A stretch of 64,000 nucleotides of DNA from Patescibacteria group bacterium (lineage in GTDB: Bacteria > Patescibacteriota > Patescibacteriia > Patescibacteriales > UBA12465), in contig JBAZTY010000001.1 of the NCBI GenBank assembly GCA_041661685.1, forward strand, positions 256,691 to 320,690, in the 5' to 3' direction. Of this stretch, positions 62,664-64,000 are shown piece by piece. A program made the translations under genes and the position numbers. Each line of letters opens with the position of its first letter. Position 1 is the first letter of the stretch. The notes under the pieces were generated by a model, which was not told where the DNA came from, searched no databases, and worked only from the letters and a program-made list of their open reading frames with translations.

Positions 62664-63677
62664 TTATTTTATAAATTTCTTTACATAATCCGCTAACTCC
62701 ACGAAACGATTGGAATAGCCCCATTCGTTATCATACCAGGAGATGACTTTAAGCAAGTCGCCGTCCACGATTCTTGTATTCTTCATGTCGATGATTGAGC
62801 TATGGGAATTACCGATGATATCTGTCGAGACTAATTCCTCATCGGAAGCTTGGATGATGCCGCGCATCTTGCCATTCGCCGCTTTAATGAAAGCACGATT
62901 CACTTTTTCGACTGTCGTTTTTTTGCCTAGCAGATAAACCGTGTCGCATAAAGAGCCGACTGGAGTCGGAACGCGGACGGCTAAACCGTCGAACTTACCC
63001 ACTAGGGACGGAATAGTTTCGGTCGTGGAAATAGCCGCGCCAGTCGTCGTCGGGATGATATTGATCGCGGCCGCGCGCGCTCTTCTCAAGTCCTTATGCG
63101 GACCATCGACCAGATTCTGATCAGCCGTATAAGAATGGACGGTTGTCATGAGTGCTTTCTTGATGCCGAAATTTTCCTTAATGACTTTAGTGGACGGAGC
63201 CAAGCAATTCGTCGTGCACGATGCGCAGGATAAGATATCATCCTTTTTAGTAACCTTATCCATGTTCACGCCCGGCACTATCACCTTGACGCCGCCCTTC
63301 TTCGCTGGGGCGGACAGGATTACTTTCTTGGCGCCGGCCTTAAGATGCGCACTCAAGCTTTCCTTATTCGTAAAGCGTCCAGTGCATTCCAGAACGATAT
63401 CGACTTTAAATTCTTCCCAAGGAAGTTCGCTCGGATCTTTGACAGCTAGAACCGGAATCTTATGGCCGTTCACGACGATAGCGTCCTTAGTGGCGGAGAT
63501 TTTCTGATTGGTTGAGCCGTAGCAGGAATCATGAGCCAAGAGATGCGCTAAGGTCGCGGCGTCGGTCAAGTCATTGATAGCCACGACATGCATATTCGGG
63601 AAACGCATCCAGATGACTTTCAGGGCGGCCCGGCCGATGCGGCCAAACCCGTTGATGGCGACGTTTACCTTTTTCAT
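62664..63677 (-). CDS. gap: type I glyceraldehyde-3-phosphate dehydrogenase
   Basis: INGFGRIGR, the active site SCASCTTNCLAP, and WYDNEWGYS. Confidence 0.95.
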   Translation of the reverse strand: MKKVNVAINGFGRIGRAALKVIWMRFPNMHVVAINDLTDAATLAHLLAHDSCYGSTNQKISATKDAIVVNGHKIPVLAVKDPSELPWEEFKVDIVLECTGRFTNKESLSAHLKAGAKKVILSAPAKKGGVKVIVPGVNMDKVTKKDDILSCASCTTNCLAPSTKVIKENFGIKKALMTTVHSYTADQNLVDGPHKDLRRARAAAINIIPTTTGAAISTTETIPSLVGKFDGLAVRVPTPVGSLCDTVYLLGKKTTVEKVNRAFIKAANGKMRGIIQASDEELVSTDIIGNSHSSIIDMKNTRIVDGDLLKVISWYDNEWGYSNRFVELADYVKKFIK

Positions 63678-63768
63678 AAAATTATAATTAATTATTTATT
63701 AATGAATTATAGCATATTTAGGAAAAAGGTTAAAATAAAGATAATGTCGTCAAAGAAACGCCAGAAAC

Positions 63769-63798
63769 AAAAAACTGCCCCTTTCACGGCAGTTTTTT
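63769..63798. terminator. bidirectional rho-independent terminator
   Basis: AAAACTGCC, 8-nt loop, GGCAGTTTT, flanked by A and T runs. It separates the edge gene from the gap operon. Confidence 0.85.
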
Positions 63799-63816
63799 AT
63801 TATAGAAACCTATATT

Positions 63817-64000
63817 TTATTTATGTTTCTGGCAATCAATACAATCTTTTTTCTTGTGGCGGTTGATATCGACGGAAATGATTGTATCCCGATCGCCTTC
63901 TTTCTCGCCAGCAATCCGGACATCGACCGTCTGCTTCAAAATGTGCTGGCCGATAACGACGCCGCGCGCGCCATCCACATTTACTTTTGTGCCGATAGGC
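63817..64000 (-). CDS. hypothetical protein, C-terminal 60 aa (gene continues beyond right edge)
   Basis: The minus-strand frame reads PIGTKVNVDGARGVVIGQHILKQTVDVRIAGEKEGDRDTIISVDINRHKKKDCIDCQKHK with stop at 63817-63819. It is protein-like and a terminator follows it. It is absent from the ORF track because no start codon lies inside the window. Confidence 0.45.
   Translation of the reverse strand, partial: PIGTKVNVDGARGVVIGQHILKQTVDVRIAGEKEGDRDTIISVDINRHKKKDCIDCQKHK

Noticed and set aside
63588-63866. A 92-aa plus-strand ORF spanning the gap promoter region and a terminator.
   Set aside because: It overlaps the gap start, crosses a bidirectional terminator and the end of the minus-strand edge gene. 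Its translation is low-complexity.
1-64000. A window-wide search for CRISPR arrays, tRNA/rRNA/tmRNA/RNase P/SRP RNA, IS elements, reverse transcriptases (DGR/retron) and alternative genetic code.
   Set aside because: No spaced direct-repeat arrays were found. No GGTTCGAATCC-like T-arm or conserved RNase P/SRP motifs occur in any intergenic region. No transposase or RT motifs were seen. TGA is used as a stop (for example the ATGA overlaps), so the code is standard.

Overview
This 64-kb chromosomal window looks like a small-genome Patescibacteria/CPR-type bacterium. That placement is inferred from gene content: DUF4012-like and GHL15-like envelope proteins, a lone FtsQ-like gene, Lys-rich tails on housekeeping proteins, and tightly packed operons. 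By eye the sequence is moderately AT-rich and uses the standard genetic code. I support about 62 protein genes. I found no rRNA, tRNA, CRISPR array, transposase or phage structural gene.

Gene content, left to right:
- 0.3-16.6 kb: a surface-glycan and envelope region. It holds a DUF4012-like protein, a GHL15-like hydrolase, an O-antigen-ligase-like protein, three GT4 glycosyltransferases, a methyltransferase, a Wzz-like protein, a secreted propeller, a beta-barrel-like protein with two lipoproteins, CorA, and a GT26-Nudix fusion.
- 16.7-22.7 kb: gltX, a 1095-aa double-propeller surface protein, and an M23 peptidase.
- 22.8-24.7 kb: a Xer-family recombinase, an AT-rich ORF with an internal duplication, and a dif-like 28-mer. 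This sits exactly where gene orientation flips from mostly plus to mostly minus.
- 24.7-36.3 kb: one long minus-strand array. It runs ferredoxin (missed by the ORF track), a 159-aa protein, a VirD4/TraD-like ATPase, dnaX, serS, a GHL15/FG-GAP protein, a membrane protein, alr, an ftsQ-like gene and a 46-aa peptide.
- 36.5-49.7 kb: rpmA, pyrG, an S41 protease, a TsaC-TsaE fusion followed by tsaD, a HIT protein, CvpA, metG and rsmI.
- 49.9-52.4 kb: secE-nusG-rplK-rplA followed by an RRM protein.
- 52.5-55.4 kb: nifS and nifU, split by an unrelated inserted gene.
- 56.2-63.7 kb: a tightly spaced minus-strand operon of gap, SDR, NuoF-like, membrane protein, [FeFe]-hydrogenase hydA, cca and a PPIase.

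The most interesting items are:
- the xer/dif-like locus at the orientation switch;
- the minimal GAPDH-linked hydrogenase operon;
- the orphan coupling-protein-like ATPase pair;
- two unusual domain fusions (TsaC-TsaE and GT26-Nudix).

All family assignments come from motif reading by eye. None has been checked by an HMM or BLAST search.
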